From NCBI GenBank assembly GCA_002269645.1, contig NIVC01002523.1:100967-164966 (forward strand): a DNA stretch of 64,000 nt, in the 5' to 3' direction. Positions 23,901 through 37,046 of the stretch are shown here, piece by piece; the stretch's first letter is position 1; every line of letters begins with the position of its first letter. The notes under the pieces were generated by a model. That model saw nothing but the letters and a program-made list of their open reading frames with translations. It searched no databases and had not been told where the DNA came from. Source of the stretch: Macrostomum lignano (lineage: Eukaryota). The translations under genes were made by a program, and so were the position numbers.

Positions 23901-26900
23901 TGAACATTATATTTTTATTGAAGGCCATGTGTTTGGCAGCCCCCGACTCCCGATTAGGAGTCCCTGACACCCAAATCAAAATTGATGACAAGATCCAACC
24001 CTGACATCCAGACAGGCATCCTGACAGCTAGATCAAAACTTGGCACCCAGGTCTAAACCCCTGACACCCAGGTCTAAACCATGGACACCCAGGTCTAAAC
24101 CATGGACACCCAGGTCTAAACCATTGACACCCAGGTCTAAACCATTGACACCCAGGTCTAAACCCCTGACACCCAGGTCTAAACCATTGACACCCAGGTC
24201 TAAACCATTGACACCCAGGTCTAAACCATTGACACCCAGGTCTAAACCCCTGACACCCAGGTCTAAACCATTGACACCCAGGTCTAAACCATTGACACCC
24301 AGGTCTAGACCCCTGACACCCAGGTCTAGACCCCTGACACCTAGGTCTAAACCCCTGACACCCAGGTCTAGACCCCTGACACCTAGGTCTAGACCCCTGA
24401 CACCCAGGTCTAGACCCCTGACACCTAGGTCTAGACCCCTGACACCCAGGTCTAGACCCCTGACACCTAGGTCTAGACCCCTGACACTCATGTCTAAATC
24501 CCCAATAATATTTTAATGAAACAAATTCTCACCTTAGCATAGCACTGCCGTAGGTCGCTTAAACACTTAGCCAGGTGCACCTCCCCACTAGAGCAGACGA
24601 CATTCTCGCCAGTGTCTTCCAGCAGCACCTCGGCTCCGGGATCGTGCCGCTCTAGCAGGCGCAGCCCGGCCAGCAGGCGGCTCTGATCGGCCGGATTGAC
24701 GCACTCGACTGCCACCCGGATGATGGGCGCCGCCTCCGACGCCATGTCGCTAAAAGCCGGACAATCCAGCGTAGCGCTCAAAGTTGCCGTTTTAATAACC
24801 CGATCGGCGAGACCTTCGACGCCAACAATGGCGCCGGCGCCGGCGCCGGGCACCGATTCGAAGTCGCGACCTCGCATTAGTAGCACTCGGCCTATTGTGC
24901 AAACGCTCGCGTGTCTCAGTCCGGAATCGGACAGTCGTTTCTCAGCGTCCAGCGCGTCCGGCGTCAATTCGGCCAGGCCCGGCGGCAACCGGTCGGGTCG
25001 GTGGCGCGGCGACAGCAGAAACAGGCGATCGCCGGGCCGAACAATGCCCGAATAGATGCGACAGAAGGCTACGTAGACGCTCGGCGAAGAATCGTTGTCC
25101 GTGTTGGAAGCGGAAGCTTCGGCGGCACTTTCGCCGTTGGCATCGACAGCGGCAGCCTTGGTGGCCCGCATTGCCTCCCACTGGCGTCGGGCCTCAAGAC
25201 GGCGCTGCTCAAGTTCGGCAGCCGATGTGGCCGAGGCTTCCGGCGGCGGAGCCGAAGTCAGACCGGCCGGAGCCGGTTCAACAATGCAGCCAGCCGGCAC
25301 GGCCATCATTTTGGAGGCGAACGCGACAAGAGGACCGTCAGGGCTGCAGGCGAGAAAATGCTGACGGAGGCAGCTTAAGCCTGCGCTCTCCGGGCTGCCT
25401 TCAACGCCGCCGATAGTTAGCAGGCGGTTGACCTTGAAGTAGATAGAGAGCAACTAAAACATTATGCTTATGAAAATAATAGCAATACAATATAGACATT
25501 TAGCCTAGCCTTCAATATAATCCGACTGGTTTGGCCACTGGATTGTTGGCCATACAAATGTGCACTATTAAGATTTTAGTCAAGTCTAATAAAAAATGCC
25601 TACCTTATCAGTGCTCAGCTGTCGAGGCGAGGGGCACCTGGCCACAACGGCTTCTAGGACGGCGCGGGCCACCGGCAGCCATTGGGCGGAAAAAGCGGCC
25701 AGAGCCGAGTGCGGATCAGCGCCAGATTTAAGATCGCGCGGCCCAAGGCGGATGTCTAAACTGGCGCACATTTTGCTTATCTTATCGGCATCCCGATTAG
25801 TAACAAAAGTGTCGTAAACTGTCCACAGGTTCTCTAGTACAAGCTGTACGAATAGCGGTTTGCGACCTTTGACGCTGGCGCCTCTGTACACCTAGAAATC
25901 GGAGTATTTATTATTAACATGTTACGCTCGTATTGCTCTGAAACTACTTTTCCTTCAAGTGCCATAGAGTGACTGTTTGGATGAGACAGTTTATATTCAT
26001 TGGATAGAACGCCATATGAATTCTATACCAAAACTCTAACTAGCCTACTGCTAATTAGAAGCAACACAAGGTAAGGCATTAGTAGAACGTAGGCACCAGA
26101 AACATTAATTTGGGGGGGGGGCACGGTTCCTAACCTTTAAAATCATTGCTAAACTGCTATGAAGGAACTGACCTAATATTACAGAAAATAATGGGATGCA
26201 TGTAAAGTTCCGCTGAAATCTCGCCTTCGACGCTAATATTTTGCCTTCAGCACTAAATTGGCGTTAAATCCTCGCCTTCAGGGGGTTGTAACATAGTGTT
26301 TAGAGCGTCGGACTCACGACTTGAAGTTCGGGGGTTCGATTCCCGATCCCACTGAAACAATAGTGTTTAGAGCGTCGGACTCACGACTTGAAGGTCGGGG
26401 GTTCGATTCCCGATCCCACTGAAACAATTTGTGTCCTTGAGCAAGACACTTATAACTCTGCATTGCTTCAGTTCACCCAGCTGTAAAATGGGTACCAGCA
26501 TTAGCTGGGGTAATTGAGGGTGTGTGGCGACCCCCCAGTCCTTGGACTGAACAGCCCTCGCAGCCTTCAGATGCGCCGCGCAATAGCTGCGGCTGAGCCG
26601 TCGGTTGCACACCTGGCCCAATTGAGGCAGGTGTAATCAATTTATCATTATCTCCTTCGGCACTAAATTGGCACTAAACCTTCGCCTTCGCTACTAGACT
26701 GGCGCTACACAGGCTCGAGAATATACTCTGTAGTAGTGGGACTCTTGTCCACTTCTCAAAAACAAAAGTTCCGCGATGCCCGGTAGAACGACATTTAAAC
26801 AGACGTAACTCTGTGGCCTAATAAAAATCGTATACGAAAACACGCCAAAAAAGTTGCTGAAAGCTTTCTAAATCTAAACACCAAATAATTTTCATAGAAA

Positions 26901-28685
26901 CGCAGCCAATCATTGCGTCTAAAGTTCTCGCCTGATAATAAGAAACTTCCTGCCTCTGTGGTCTGACTGTCCTCAGCTAGAACTAACAAAGTAGTATATG
27001 AGTAGTATGCAAGCACATAACTAAAAAACTGACCTTTTTCTCCTTAGCAGCATAAAAATAGTCGCCCCACAGAGCCCTGCTAAGTATCCGTTCGCTGCAG
27101 CCCAGTCTCTTAGCTAATAATCCAGCGAAATCGTCTAGACGAAAGCCCCAGCCGTCGAGGGCGCTAGCGAATACAACATTGCCGCGCGCCGGCGCAAAGT
27201 ACACGTGCTCGTCTTCGGCCGACTCCAAGCCGCTCAGCCAATCGCTGCTCAGTGTCACCTCGGCGACGCTGTCGGTGGTTTTTTCGACAGGCTGCGATTC
27301 CTTTGGCTTCTCTTGCTGTTGTTGCTGCTGCTGCTGCTGTTCTTGCTGCTCCTGCCGCTCGAAGAATTCCATTCGATAGAGCTCAGCCATCAGAGCGTTC
27401 ACGGATTCAATTAGCTTCCACAGGTGGTGATAGGCATCCGTGGGACTTAGCCGCAGCTCTAATATTAGCCTGTCGACTTTGTTAATTAATAGTACAGGCG
27501 TGACGCTCTCTCGCCAGGCCTGGCGTAGCACGGCTACAGTCTGGGGCGAGACGCCTTCTACCGCATCCACAACTACGATGGCGCCATCGCTGAGGCGGAC
27601 CGCGGCTGACACCTGGGTGGAGTATTGGAGCATCGAGGTGGATCACAAGGCTCATTTAAGGTGAATTTAATTGGTGCTAAGGGGTTAGGGGTGGATTTCT
27701 ACGAGGATTAGGGTGGATATCTATGAGGATTAGTAGTAGATATCTATGAGGATTAGGGGCGGATATCTATGAGGATTAGATGCGGATATCTATGAGGATT
27801 AGATGCGGATATCTATGAGGATTAGATGCGGATATCGACGAGGATTAGGGGCGGATATCTATGATGATTAGGGGCGGGTATCTATGAGGATTAGGGGCGG
27901 ATATCTATGATTGGGAGTGGGTATCTATGAGGATTAGGGGCGGATATCTATGATGATTAGGGGCGGGTATCTATGGGGATTAGGGGCGGATAGCTATGAT
28001 TGGGAGCGGGTATCTATGAGGATTAGGGGCGGATATCTATTATGATTAGGGGCGGGTATCTATGGGGATCAGGGGCGGATATCTACATGTATGATGATTA
28101 AGGGCGGATATCTATGATGATTAGGCGCGGGTATCCACGAGGATTAGGAGCGGATATCAACAATGGGTTAGGGTAGTTATTTGAACAGCTTTAGGTGGAA
28201 ATCTATTAGATTATTAGGATGCATAATAGTGCATATCTGTAAGGGGCTGAAAGGCGCATATTTATAGAGCAGGGGTTGGATGCATGCAAGGGACTTAAGC
28301 CAGAAATATTCTTGACTTCGTGGCGCTTTTCTACAGATGCTCGGAGCTAAAAACAGCAAAAAACAAGCTAAAGCAACCCCTTACCCACCTCCGAGGAGAA
28401 GTCGATATGACCGGGACTATCAATCAGGTTAACAACGTACTGTTCGGAACATTCTTTGCGATTGTATAGCAAAGATATTATGGAGCTTTTCATAGTGATG
28501 CCGCGCTCCTGCTCCTGTTCTAAGCTGTCCATGTAGCGCAGGCGGGCAACTGAGCGACTAGGAATGATGCCGTTTGTAGCTATTAAACAGTCAGCCAGGG
28601 TGGTCTTGCCGTGGTCAACGTGGGCCAAGATGCACACATTTCTGGTTCGTTCAGCCTTGGACTTGGTGGCTGTAGGCGGCTCCAT
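21000..28685 (-). CDS. EFL1: Elongation factor-like GTPase 1 (EFL1/EFTUD1/Ria1); exons 28685-28389, 27612-27034, 25891-25604, 25432-24533, 23785-22898, 21362-21000; about 1104 aa
   Basis: G motifs [30 protein letters not shown]; later [39 protein letters not shown]; all junctions GT-AG and in frame. Confidence 0.95.
21515..22825. repeat. Minisatellite (C)n-AATCCATCAATAGTTAGCTA with variable poly-C, in EFL1 intron 5
   Basis: About 45 copies of a 24-31-bp unit. Confidence 0.95.
23965..24490. repeat. Minisatellite, 21-bp unit ACCCCTGACACCCAGGTCTAA, in EFL1 intron 4
   Basis: About 22 copies; source of spurious ORFs 24033-24516. Confidence 0.95.
26281..26652 (+). mobile_element. tRNA-derived SINE family A with CORE-like central domain and duplicated tRNA head, in EFL1 intron 2
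   Basis: Head with GGTTCGATTCC occurs twice; GTGTCCTTGAGCAAGACACTT...CACCCAGCTGTAAAATGGGTACC; tail GCAGGTGTAATCA; second copy at 28905-29219. Confidence 0.8.
27680..28165. repeat. Minisatellite, ~23-bp unit GGATATCTATGAGGATTAGGGGC, in EFL1 intron 1
   Basis: About 20 degenerate copies. Confidence 0.92.
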
Positions 28686-28840
28686 TTGCCTTTGGCTGGC
28701 TCTGATAGATTTAACTGTGAGAATCAATGCACTATTGGCTCATTAACCATAGCATTGTGATTTTAATTAATAGAAAACAACAAGCCGATCTCGTACGACG
28801 TATATATGCATTCAAAATAAACAAGACAATTAGGAAATTG

Positions 28841-28872
28841 ACTAGCAATCTTCGCCCTCCATTGGGGAGGCA
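28841..28872 (-). mobile_element. Helitron-type 3' terminus (hairpin, 9-10 nt spacer, CTAG|T)
   Basis: Minus strand CCTCCCCAATGGAGG-GCGAAGATTG-CTAG-T; a matching motif occurs at 36057-36085 (+). Confidence 0.5.
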
Positions 28873-28904
28873 ACAAATAGTATTTTGAATACTTTGCTGT
28901 GAAT

Positions 28905-29219
28905 AGTAATAATATAATAATAATAATAACTGATTACACCTGCCCTAACTGGGCCAGATGTGCAACCGATAGCTCAGCCGCAGCTATTGCGCGGCGCATC
29001 TGAAGGCTGCATACGGCTGTTCAGTCCAAGGACTGGGGGGTCGCCACACCCAACCCTCAATTACCCCAGCTAATACTGGCACCCATTTTACAGCTGGGTG
29101 AACTGAAGCAATGCAGAGTTAAGTGTCTTGCTTAAGAACACATTGTTCTACTGGGATCAGGAATCGAACCCCCAACCTTTAAATCATAAGTCCAAAACTA
29201 ACCACTAAGCTACAACCCC
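28905..29219 (-). mobile_element. tRNA-derived SINE family A copy with (TTA)n-like tail
   Basis: A box TAGCTTAGTGG, B box GGTTCGATTCC, body collinear with 26281-26652. Confidence 0.8.
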
Positions 29220-31839
29220 TTGAACCCTTTGAATAACCATTTAGGGGCTACCAACACTTGAATAGCAATTTATTCATAGTCTTCTAATGACAAATTTAAA
29301 TTAGAAAAAGCATAATTGTATAATTGTATTTTTTGGCCCCTTGAAAATCTCATTGGCAACTGGATTTTAGCATCAGAGGCCAATCTGGCAACTTCATTTC
29401 CTTGTGCCAGTTGCCAATTTCAGAAAATGATTTTGCAAGTGCAATAAAATGCCATATGAATCTAAGTTGTGGCAAATACTAAATTGCAAAAATTGACAAT
29501 GTCAATAACAAGTCCCAGACAGTCTTATTCCCATAGTCACATGTTTAATGACCCTTGGAAATATCTATCCTCAAGAATGTGGCTAGTTGCGAATGGGCAA
29601 CCAAAAATAGCCATTGGCAACTAGATTTTGAGCCCTAAGGGCCAGCTGGCAACTAGATTTCCAACCTTAAAAAAACCCAGTGTGCAGTGCAATGCAGTAT
29701 AGTGCCAGTGGACTTGTGGAAGCTACAAATCAATTTTTTCTTTGGTTTGTTTCTAAGAACTAAACAAAATATTTTTATTAACTTGAAAATGAAAAGCAAA
29801 AATATTTTACCAAAATTAATAAAGTAAAAACATGTTTCAAGTATTTTTTCATTAACTACAGTGCAATACCATACAATACTATTCACTTAATTTTGAACTT
29901 AGGAATGACAAATGCTAAAAATGTGACAACTGGCATAATAGCTAAGCATATCAGTTTTAAATTTAAATATTGTGATTGTTGCAAAGTAATTTTAACAGAC
30001 TTCTGAAATTTGAGTAACTTACTATTATTCTATTACAAAATAGGAAAGTAACTTACGTAAGGAACACTGTACAAAAAAGTAACTTGCATTACCATTTGCA
30101 AGTTATTTGGTAATGGAAGTGCCCAACACTAATTATAGGAGTATATAATAGAGTATATAATAGTATAATAGTATAGTATATAATAGGAGTATATAATAGT
30201 ATAGAAGTATATATGCAAAAATATAGGAGTATATCATCTATACTCCTTGATGTTTTAAGGGAAAATTCTTGTATATAACAAGGTCTTAGGCAGTCTAGTA
30301 CTGCATGCACAGTGTGCATCAAGGAGTTGGAAAAGTTTTTTTGGCATGCTTCACACAGTAGCGCAATGTATAAAAAGGTAAAAATGTATAGTACTATTGT
30401 CAAAGCTATGTAGTAGCTATATCACAGAAAATTTCCAGTCATTTTAAAAATATGACATAAAATGCCTCATCAGCTACTTAGTACTACTACTTGGTGTTTT
30501 TTTGGGTGGGCATTTTTGCAACTTCCTTGGTTGGCCGCCAAATTGGTTGGCTGGATCGGCCGACTCGGCTGACTGTTGCGCATGTATGATCTTACATAAA
30601 ATTCAAAACACAAAAAGCTATAGTTACAACACAAAAAAGGTCCCTAATTATTATAGTGCCCTAAATTGTGATCTCTTCCTAGTCTATTGGTGCACACTTG
30701 CTTGGGGTAGATTTAATGCATATAATATGCAAAGCAAAAAATTCTCATACTTGGGACTATGAGTCATAGTATAGGCCTACTTAAAGTACCTTAATTGGCT
30801 TAAAGTTCAACTTCAATTTAAAACTACAAGACTGAACATACTTAGACATAGGGCATAATCTTATAAGTTATGGCTTAGGCCTATGCTTTGTAAAATTATG
30901 TTTTCTAGCAGTTTTAAACAATAAATTATTTAATTATTTAATTTGCCCCTCCCTAATTAATTTTAAAATTAGACCCACTAGATGGCTAGGTCTATATTGA
31001 CTAAGGCCTAGCTAGGCCTAGGCCTATGTTCAAGGACAACTTAAGTAGAAGGATGGGAAACCTCATTTCTTAGAAAATTTTATAAGGTAAATTTTCCCAA
31101 AAAATACACTATGGAGATAGGAAGTTTCCATTTTTTCAGCACAAAATTGTTATTGCTTTTGATAGGAGGCAGTTCCAGTGTTCATCTTGTGATATGTTGT
31201 GCCTTTCTTATTGCTCTATTGAAATTAATAAAGCTTTTTGTTAAGAAAATTAGGATTCTATGTTAATTTTTTATTTTATGTACATTTCCTATATCTAAAA
31301 ATAATAATAATGCATTGCACAGCTCCAAATCATTGGTTTTATGAATCCATTTATCATTTGTGCAGCTTATGCTACACATATTTGTTTTACAGTCAGCTAA
31401 GAATGATAAAAAAGACTCATAAAACTAAAGAGCCAAGCTGTGCTATTTTAATGGTTTTTAGGTACAAGACATATGCAAATGTACGTAGAAAAAAAATTAA
31501 CATAGAATCCTAATTTTCTAAACAAAAAGCTTTATTAGGGGGCCTAGGCCTAGGATAGGCCTATAAAATCTAGGCCTAATTTCCTTAAATCGAAGTCAAG
31601 AATTCAAGAAAAAAATGGTTTTGTTTTTTATATAAAGTCCTATGGGCTTTGGCCATAGGGCTATGACTATGACTATGAGTAGGGACTTCAGTGAGTGAGT
31701 GAGGGTCTTATACTTTCCAATATGCATATAGTCGTACAGGGAATCTGAGAGATAGATCTAAATTTAAATAAAAATTAGATTTTTTGCAATCAAATAATTC
31801 CACAATGCAATTATTCTAGGCTATATAGAATAGAAAAGC

Positions 31840-33425
31840 AAATCCTATATACTAAAAATGAAATGTGTGTCTCTGTGAGATAGATTTCAGAAAAAACGGC
31901 TTAACCGATTTTCTTCAAACTTGCACCATTTGATCAGAAATTTTTCTGGGACGGTACATGCATCTTGGCTAAGTAATTGCTCAATTTTAAAGGGATTAAA
32001 TATTCGAAAAACATGCTTTTTTGCAAAGGTCAAGCCAAATTTTTGACTTGAAATGCATTGTAAGAATGCTAGAGAAAAAACTGACTGACTGAATTCCGAT
32101 TGTGATAAAGATTGCATCACAAAAAGTTGAAAACAGTGTCAAAGAAATGCACACACGACTTGATAGAAATTGCGTAACCAATATTGCTAACTTAAATTGG
32201 GACTGATACTGGCTGACTGAGAAATTGATTATGTCATAACTTTTTACTCCAATTGACTTGCTGTAAGAATTGAATTAAAAGGGCCACAATTCATGTTCTC
32301 AAATTAAAAAGAGATAGCCTAGATGCGAGTAGACTGGACTGCTAATGTAGTGACCTGGGTTCGAATCTTAGTAGAGCAAAATAATTTTTTTGTTAAAACA
32401 CCTTCAAAACACAAAATGCTAAACATAAAAGGGCCACCATGCCAAGCATATACGTGCCTCCATGTCGAACATTAAAGAGCAAACATGTCAAACATTAAAG
32501 AGCCACAATGTCAAAAATTAAAGAACCACCATGTCAAACATCAAAGAGCCACCATGTCAAACATTAGAGCCACCATGTCGAACATTAAAGAGCCACCATG
32601 TCAAACATTAAAGAGCTACCATGTCGAACATTAAATCCTATATACTAAAAATGAAATGTGTGTCTCTGTGAGATAGATTTCAGAAAAAACGGCTTAACCG
32701 ATTTTCTTCAAACTTGCACCATTTGATTAGAAATTTTTCTGGGACGGTACATGCATCTTGGCTAAGAAATTGCTCAATTTTAAAGGGATTAAATATTCGA
32801 AAAACATGCTTTTTTGCAAAGGTCAAGCCAAATTTTTGACTTGAAATGCATTGTAAGAATGCTAGAGAAAAAACTGACTGACTGAATTCCGATTGTGATA
32901 AAGATTGCATCACAAAAAGTTGAAAACAGTGTCAAAGAAATGCACACACGACTTGATAGAAATTGCGTAACCAATATTGCTAACTTAAATTGGGACTGAT
33001 ACTGGCTGACTGAGAAATTGATTATGTCATAACTTTTTACTCCAATTGACTTGCTGTAAGAATTGAATTAAAAGGGCCACAATTCATGTTCTCAAATTAA
33101 AAAGAGATAGCCTAGATGCGAGTAGACTGGACTGCTAATGTAGTGACCTGGGTTCGAATCTTAGTAGAGCAAAATAATTTTTTTTGTTAAAACACCCTCA
33201 AAACACAAAATGCTAAACATAAAAGGGCCACCATGCCAAGCATATACGTGCCTCCATGTCGAACATTAAAGAGCAAACATGTCAAACATTAAAGAGCCAC
33301 AATGTCAAAAATTAAAGAACCACCATGTCAAACATCAAAGAGCCACCATGTCAAACATTAGAGCCACCATGTCGAACATTAAAGAGCCACCATGTCAAAC
33401 ATTAAAGAGCTACCATGTCGAACAT
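31840..33425. repeat. Near-identical 793-bp tandem duplication (31840-32632 / 32633-33425), each with a tRNA-Ser-like head and the start of the 23-bp satellite
   Basis: Duplicated ORFs 31887/32680 and 31996/32789 are offset by 793 nt; GGACTGCTAAT...GGTTCGAATC in both units. Confidence 0.9.
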
Positions 33426-35680
33426 TAAAGAGCCACAATTTCAAAAATTAAAGAGCCACCATGTCAAACATCAAAGAGCCACCATGTCAAACATAAAAGA
33501 GCCACAATGTCCAACATTAGAGCCACCATGTCGAACATTAAAGAGCTACCATGTCAAACATTAAAGAGCCACCATTTCGAACATTAAAGGGCCACAATGT
33601 CAAAAATTAAAGAGTTACCATGTAAACATAATAGAGCCACCATGTCAAACATTAAAGAGCCACTATATCAAAAATTAAAGAGCTACCATTTCAAACATAA
33701 AAGAACCATCATGTCAACCAGAAAAGAGCCACCATGTCAAACATTAAAGGGCCACCATGTCTAATATAAAAGAGCCATTCATGTTGAACATAAAGGAGCC
33801 ACTATGTTGACATTAAAGAGCCACCATGTCAAACATTAAAGAGCCACCATTTCAAACATAAAAGAGCCACTATATCAAACATTAAAGAGCTACCATTTCA
33901 AACATAAAAGAACCATCATGTCAAGCAGAAAAGAGCCACCATGTCAAACATTAAAGAGCCACCATTTCAAACATAAAAGAGCCACCATGTCAAACATAAA
34001 AGAGCCACTATGTAAAAAATATATGTGACTCTATATCAAAAATATACGTGACTTCATGTTGAACATTAAAGAGCCATCATGCTGAACATTAAAGAGCCAC
34101 CATGTCAAACATATAAGAGACTTTATTTCAAACAAAAAGAGCTACCATGTTGAACATTAAAGAGCCACTATAAAACAAAAAAACATTTCGACCATTAAAG
34201 AGCCACCATGTCGAACATTAAAGAGCTACCATATCAAACATTAAAGAACCACCATGTCAAACTTTAAAGTGCCATCGTGTCGAACATTAAAGAGCTACCA
34301 TGTCAAACATTAAAGAGCCACCATGTCAAACATTAAAGTGCCATCGTGTCAAACATTAAAGAGCCACTATGTTGAACATTAAAGAGCCACCATGTCAAAC
34401 ATTAAAGAGCCACAATTTTGAACATTAAAGAGTCACCATGTCAAACATATAAGAGTAAGAGACTTTATTTTAAATATAAAAGAGCCACAATGTTGAGCAT
34501 TAAAGAGCCACAATGTAAAACAAAAAAACAACCATTTCGAACATTAAAGAGCTACCATGTCAAACATTAAAGAGCCACCATGTCGAACATTAAAGAGCCA
34601 CCATGTCGAACGTTAAAGAGCCACCATGTCAAACATTAGCGAGCCACCATGTCAAACATTAAAGAGCCACCATTTTGAACATTAAAGAGTCATTATGTCA
34701 AACATTAAAGAGCCACTTTGTTGAATATTAAAGAGCCACTATGTCAAACATTAAAAAGCCACCATGTCAAACATTAAAGAGCCACCATGTCGAACATAAA
34801 GGAGCCACCATGTTGAACATAAAGGAGCCACCATGTCGAACATAAAAGAACCACCATGTAGAACATAAAAGAGCCACCATGTCTGATATAAAAGAGCCAC
34901 CATTTCGAACATAAAAGAGCCACCATGTTGAAAATTAAAGAGCCAACCTGTAAAACATTTAAAAGATTCACCATGTCAAACATATAAGTGACTTCATTTC
35001 AAACATAAAAGAGCCACCATGTCAAACATTAAAGAGCCACAATTTTGAACATTAAAGAGTCACCATGTCAAACATATAAGAGTAAGAGACTATTTTAAAT
35101 ATAAAAGAGCCACAATGTTGAGCATTAAAGAGCCACAATGTAAAACATAAAAACAACCATTTCGAACATTAAAGAGCCACAATGTCGAACATTAAAGAGC
35201 TACCATGTCAAACATTAAAGAGCCACCATGTCGAACATTAAAGAGCCACCATGTCGAACGTTAAAGAGCCACCATGTCGAACATTAACGAGCCACCATGT
35301 CAAACATTAAAGAGCCACCATTTTGAACATTAAAGAGTCATTATGTCAAACATTAAAGAGCCACTTTGTTGAATATTAAAGAGCCACTATGTCAAACATT
35401 AAAAAGCCACCATGTCAAACATTAAAGATCCACTTTGTTGAATATAAAGGAGCCACCATGTCGAACATAAAAGAACCACCATGTAGAACATAAAAGAGCC
35501 ACCATGTCTGATATAAAAGAGCCACCATTTCGAACATAAAAGAGCCACCATGTTGAAAATTAAAGAGCCAACCTGTAAAACATTTAAAAGATTCACCATG
35601 TCAAACATATAAGTGACTTCATTTCAAACATAAAAGAGCCACTATGTCAAACATAAAAGATACACAATTCAAAATGTAAA
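32430..35680. repeat. Large satellite, 23-bp unit AAAGAGCCACCATGTCAAACATT, with a ~625-bp higher-order duplication
   Basis: More than 100 copies; duplicated ORFs 34774/35399 are offset by 625. Confidence 0.95.
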
Positions 35681-35740
35681 AGTGAGTGAATTTTAAAGGA
35701 GCCACTATAATGCTAAGGAAATTGTCGCACTAGCTACTTA

Positions 35741-35945
35741 TTGTCTGGTGGATGCTTGCTATTTGGGGATGCTATCTATCTGGGGGATTCTTGCTATCTA
35801 GGGGGTGCTTGCTATCTGGGGGATGCTTGCTATCTGGGGGATGCTTGCTATCTGGGGATGCTTGCTATCTGGGGGATGCTTGCTATTTGGTTGATGCTTG
35901 CAATCTGGGGGATGCTTGCTATCTGGGGGATGCTTGCTGTCTTGG
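35741..35945. repeat. Minisatellite, 18-bp unit GGGGGATGCTTGCTATCT
   Basis: About 11 copies; reverse complement array at 37047-37500. Confidence 0.9.
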
Positions 35946-36056
35946 GATGATTTTTTTGCATTGCACTTCATTTGAGTAGTTTGTTTGTTTTCTTTGTGAA
36001 AGCTTTATTTGGCTATCTTCTTATTACTTGTAGAGAACAGAGATTCTATACAGATG

Positions 36057-36085
36057 TCCCCCAACGGGGGGCGAAGATTGCTAGT
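36057..36085 (+). mobile_element. Helitron-type 3' terminus (hairpin + CTAG|T)
   Basis: TCCCCCAACGGGGGG-CGAAGATTG-CTAG-T. Confidence 0.5.
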
Positions 36086-37046
36086 ATAAACTATAAATAA
36101 AAGAAGAGAAAATACTTTTTATAAATTTATATCTAGCTTTCATTTAGGCCTAGTCAAGATAAGATAAACTAGGTGGTACCCCCACCCTCTGGGTGTCCCA
36201 TCTACCCATCTCCCATCCAGTGTCCTATCTAGTGGAATATCTTGCAGAGTACTGTATAGTTATAATAAATTAGAAGCAAAAAGCCTTAACCAAAAGGCCC
36301 CTCTACAATTGAATTTTGCAATGGCCCTTAACAAGTTCCAAATTTCTTATTCAATTGTATTATACCTCTAATCTATCTAATATAAGATGTTAATATACCA
36401 TACCGATCAACTAACTCTAAGTGGGTGTGGTGGCTCCCTTAGTTAATGAAAGACTATTCATCTATATATAGCCCTTAGACACATTGCGCACTGCATGCAG
36501 AAAGCTACAACTGTGCTAATGGCTATAACTCTGGCCACTTGCTGTAGGCCAGGTGTAATGAGTAAAAAATAATATATAAGAAATTTTGTATGAATGCTGA
36601 TTTTATGATATGGCATTTTGTATTAGTACGGGAAAGAACGATGGAGGCAAAATGCTATTTGTAGCATTTTTATAGCATTTATTAATATATATGTTGATAA
36701 GGCCATCATTGGATTTCTGAGTGGAGGAAGGGGCAATAGAATACTATTAGTTTTTAGTGAAATGATGATGATTGGTAGGTTATTGCAATCTTTTGGCATT
36801 GACTATAAGATGGCATTGGTCACTGTTTGTAAGGTGGCATTGGTCAGTGACTGTAAGGTGGCATTGGTCACTGTAAGGTGCAAATCCCATGTCTGTATGT
36901 CAAACACTTTGAAAAGAGATGCAGATTATATAAACAAACATTTTCAACTTTAGTATATATTCAAGTAAAATTGTCAGGGACAAAGATGTTTGCTATGCAA
37001 TGTATGTCCCCCATTGGGGAGCAAAGAAAGAATGTAATTATTTAAT

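Noticed and set aside
28368-28727. ORF-track starts at TTG/GTG (EFL1 28727, NFU1 38648, VAMP 18917, ENaC 60830)
   Set aside because: Eukaryotic genes; the first in-frame ATG was used instead.
32313-32375. Functional tRNA-Ser(GCT) gene (and SINE heads at 26281, 29219, 51140, 60165)
   Set aside because: No acceptor stem or complete cloverleaf; tRNA-derived relics only.
32430-35680. Regular 20-50-bp arrays superficially like CRISPR (also 9280-9782, 54010-54640)
   Set aside because: Head-to-tail units without unique spacers, no cas genes, eukaryotic context.
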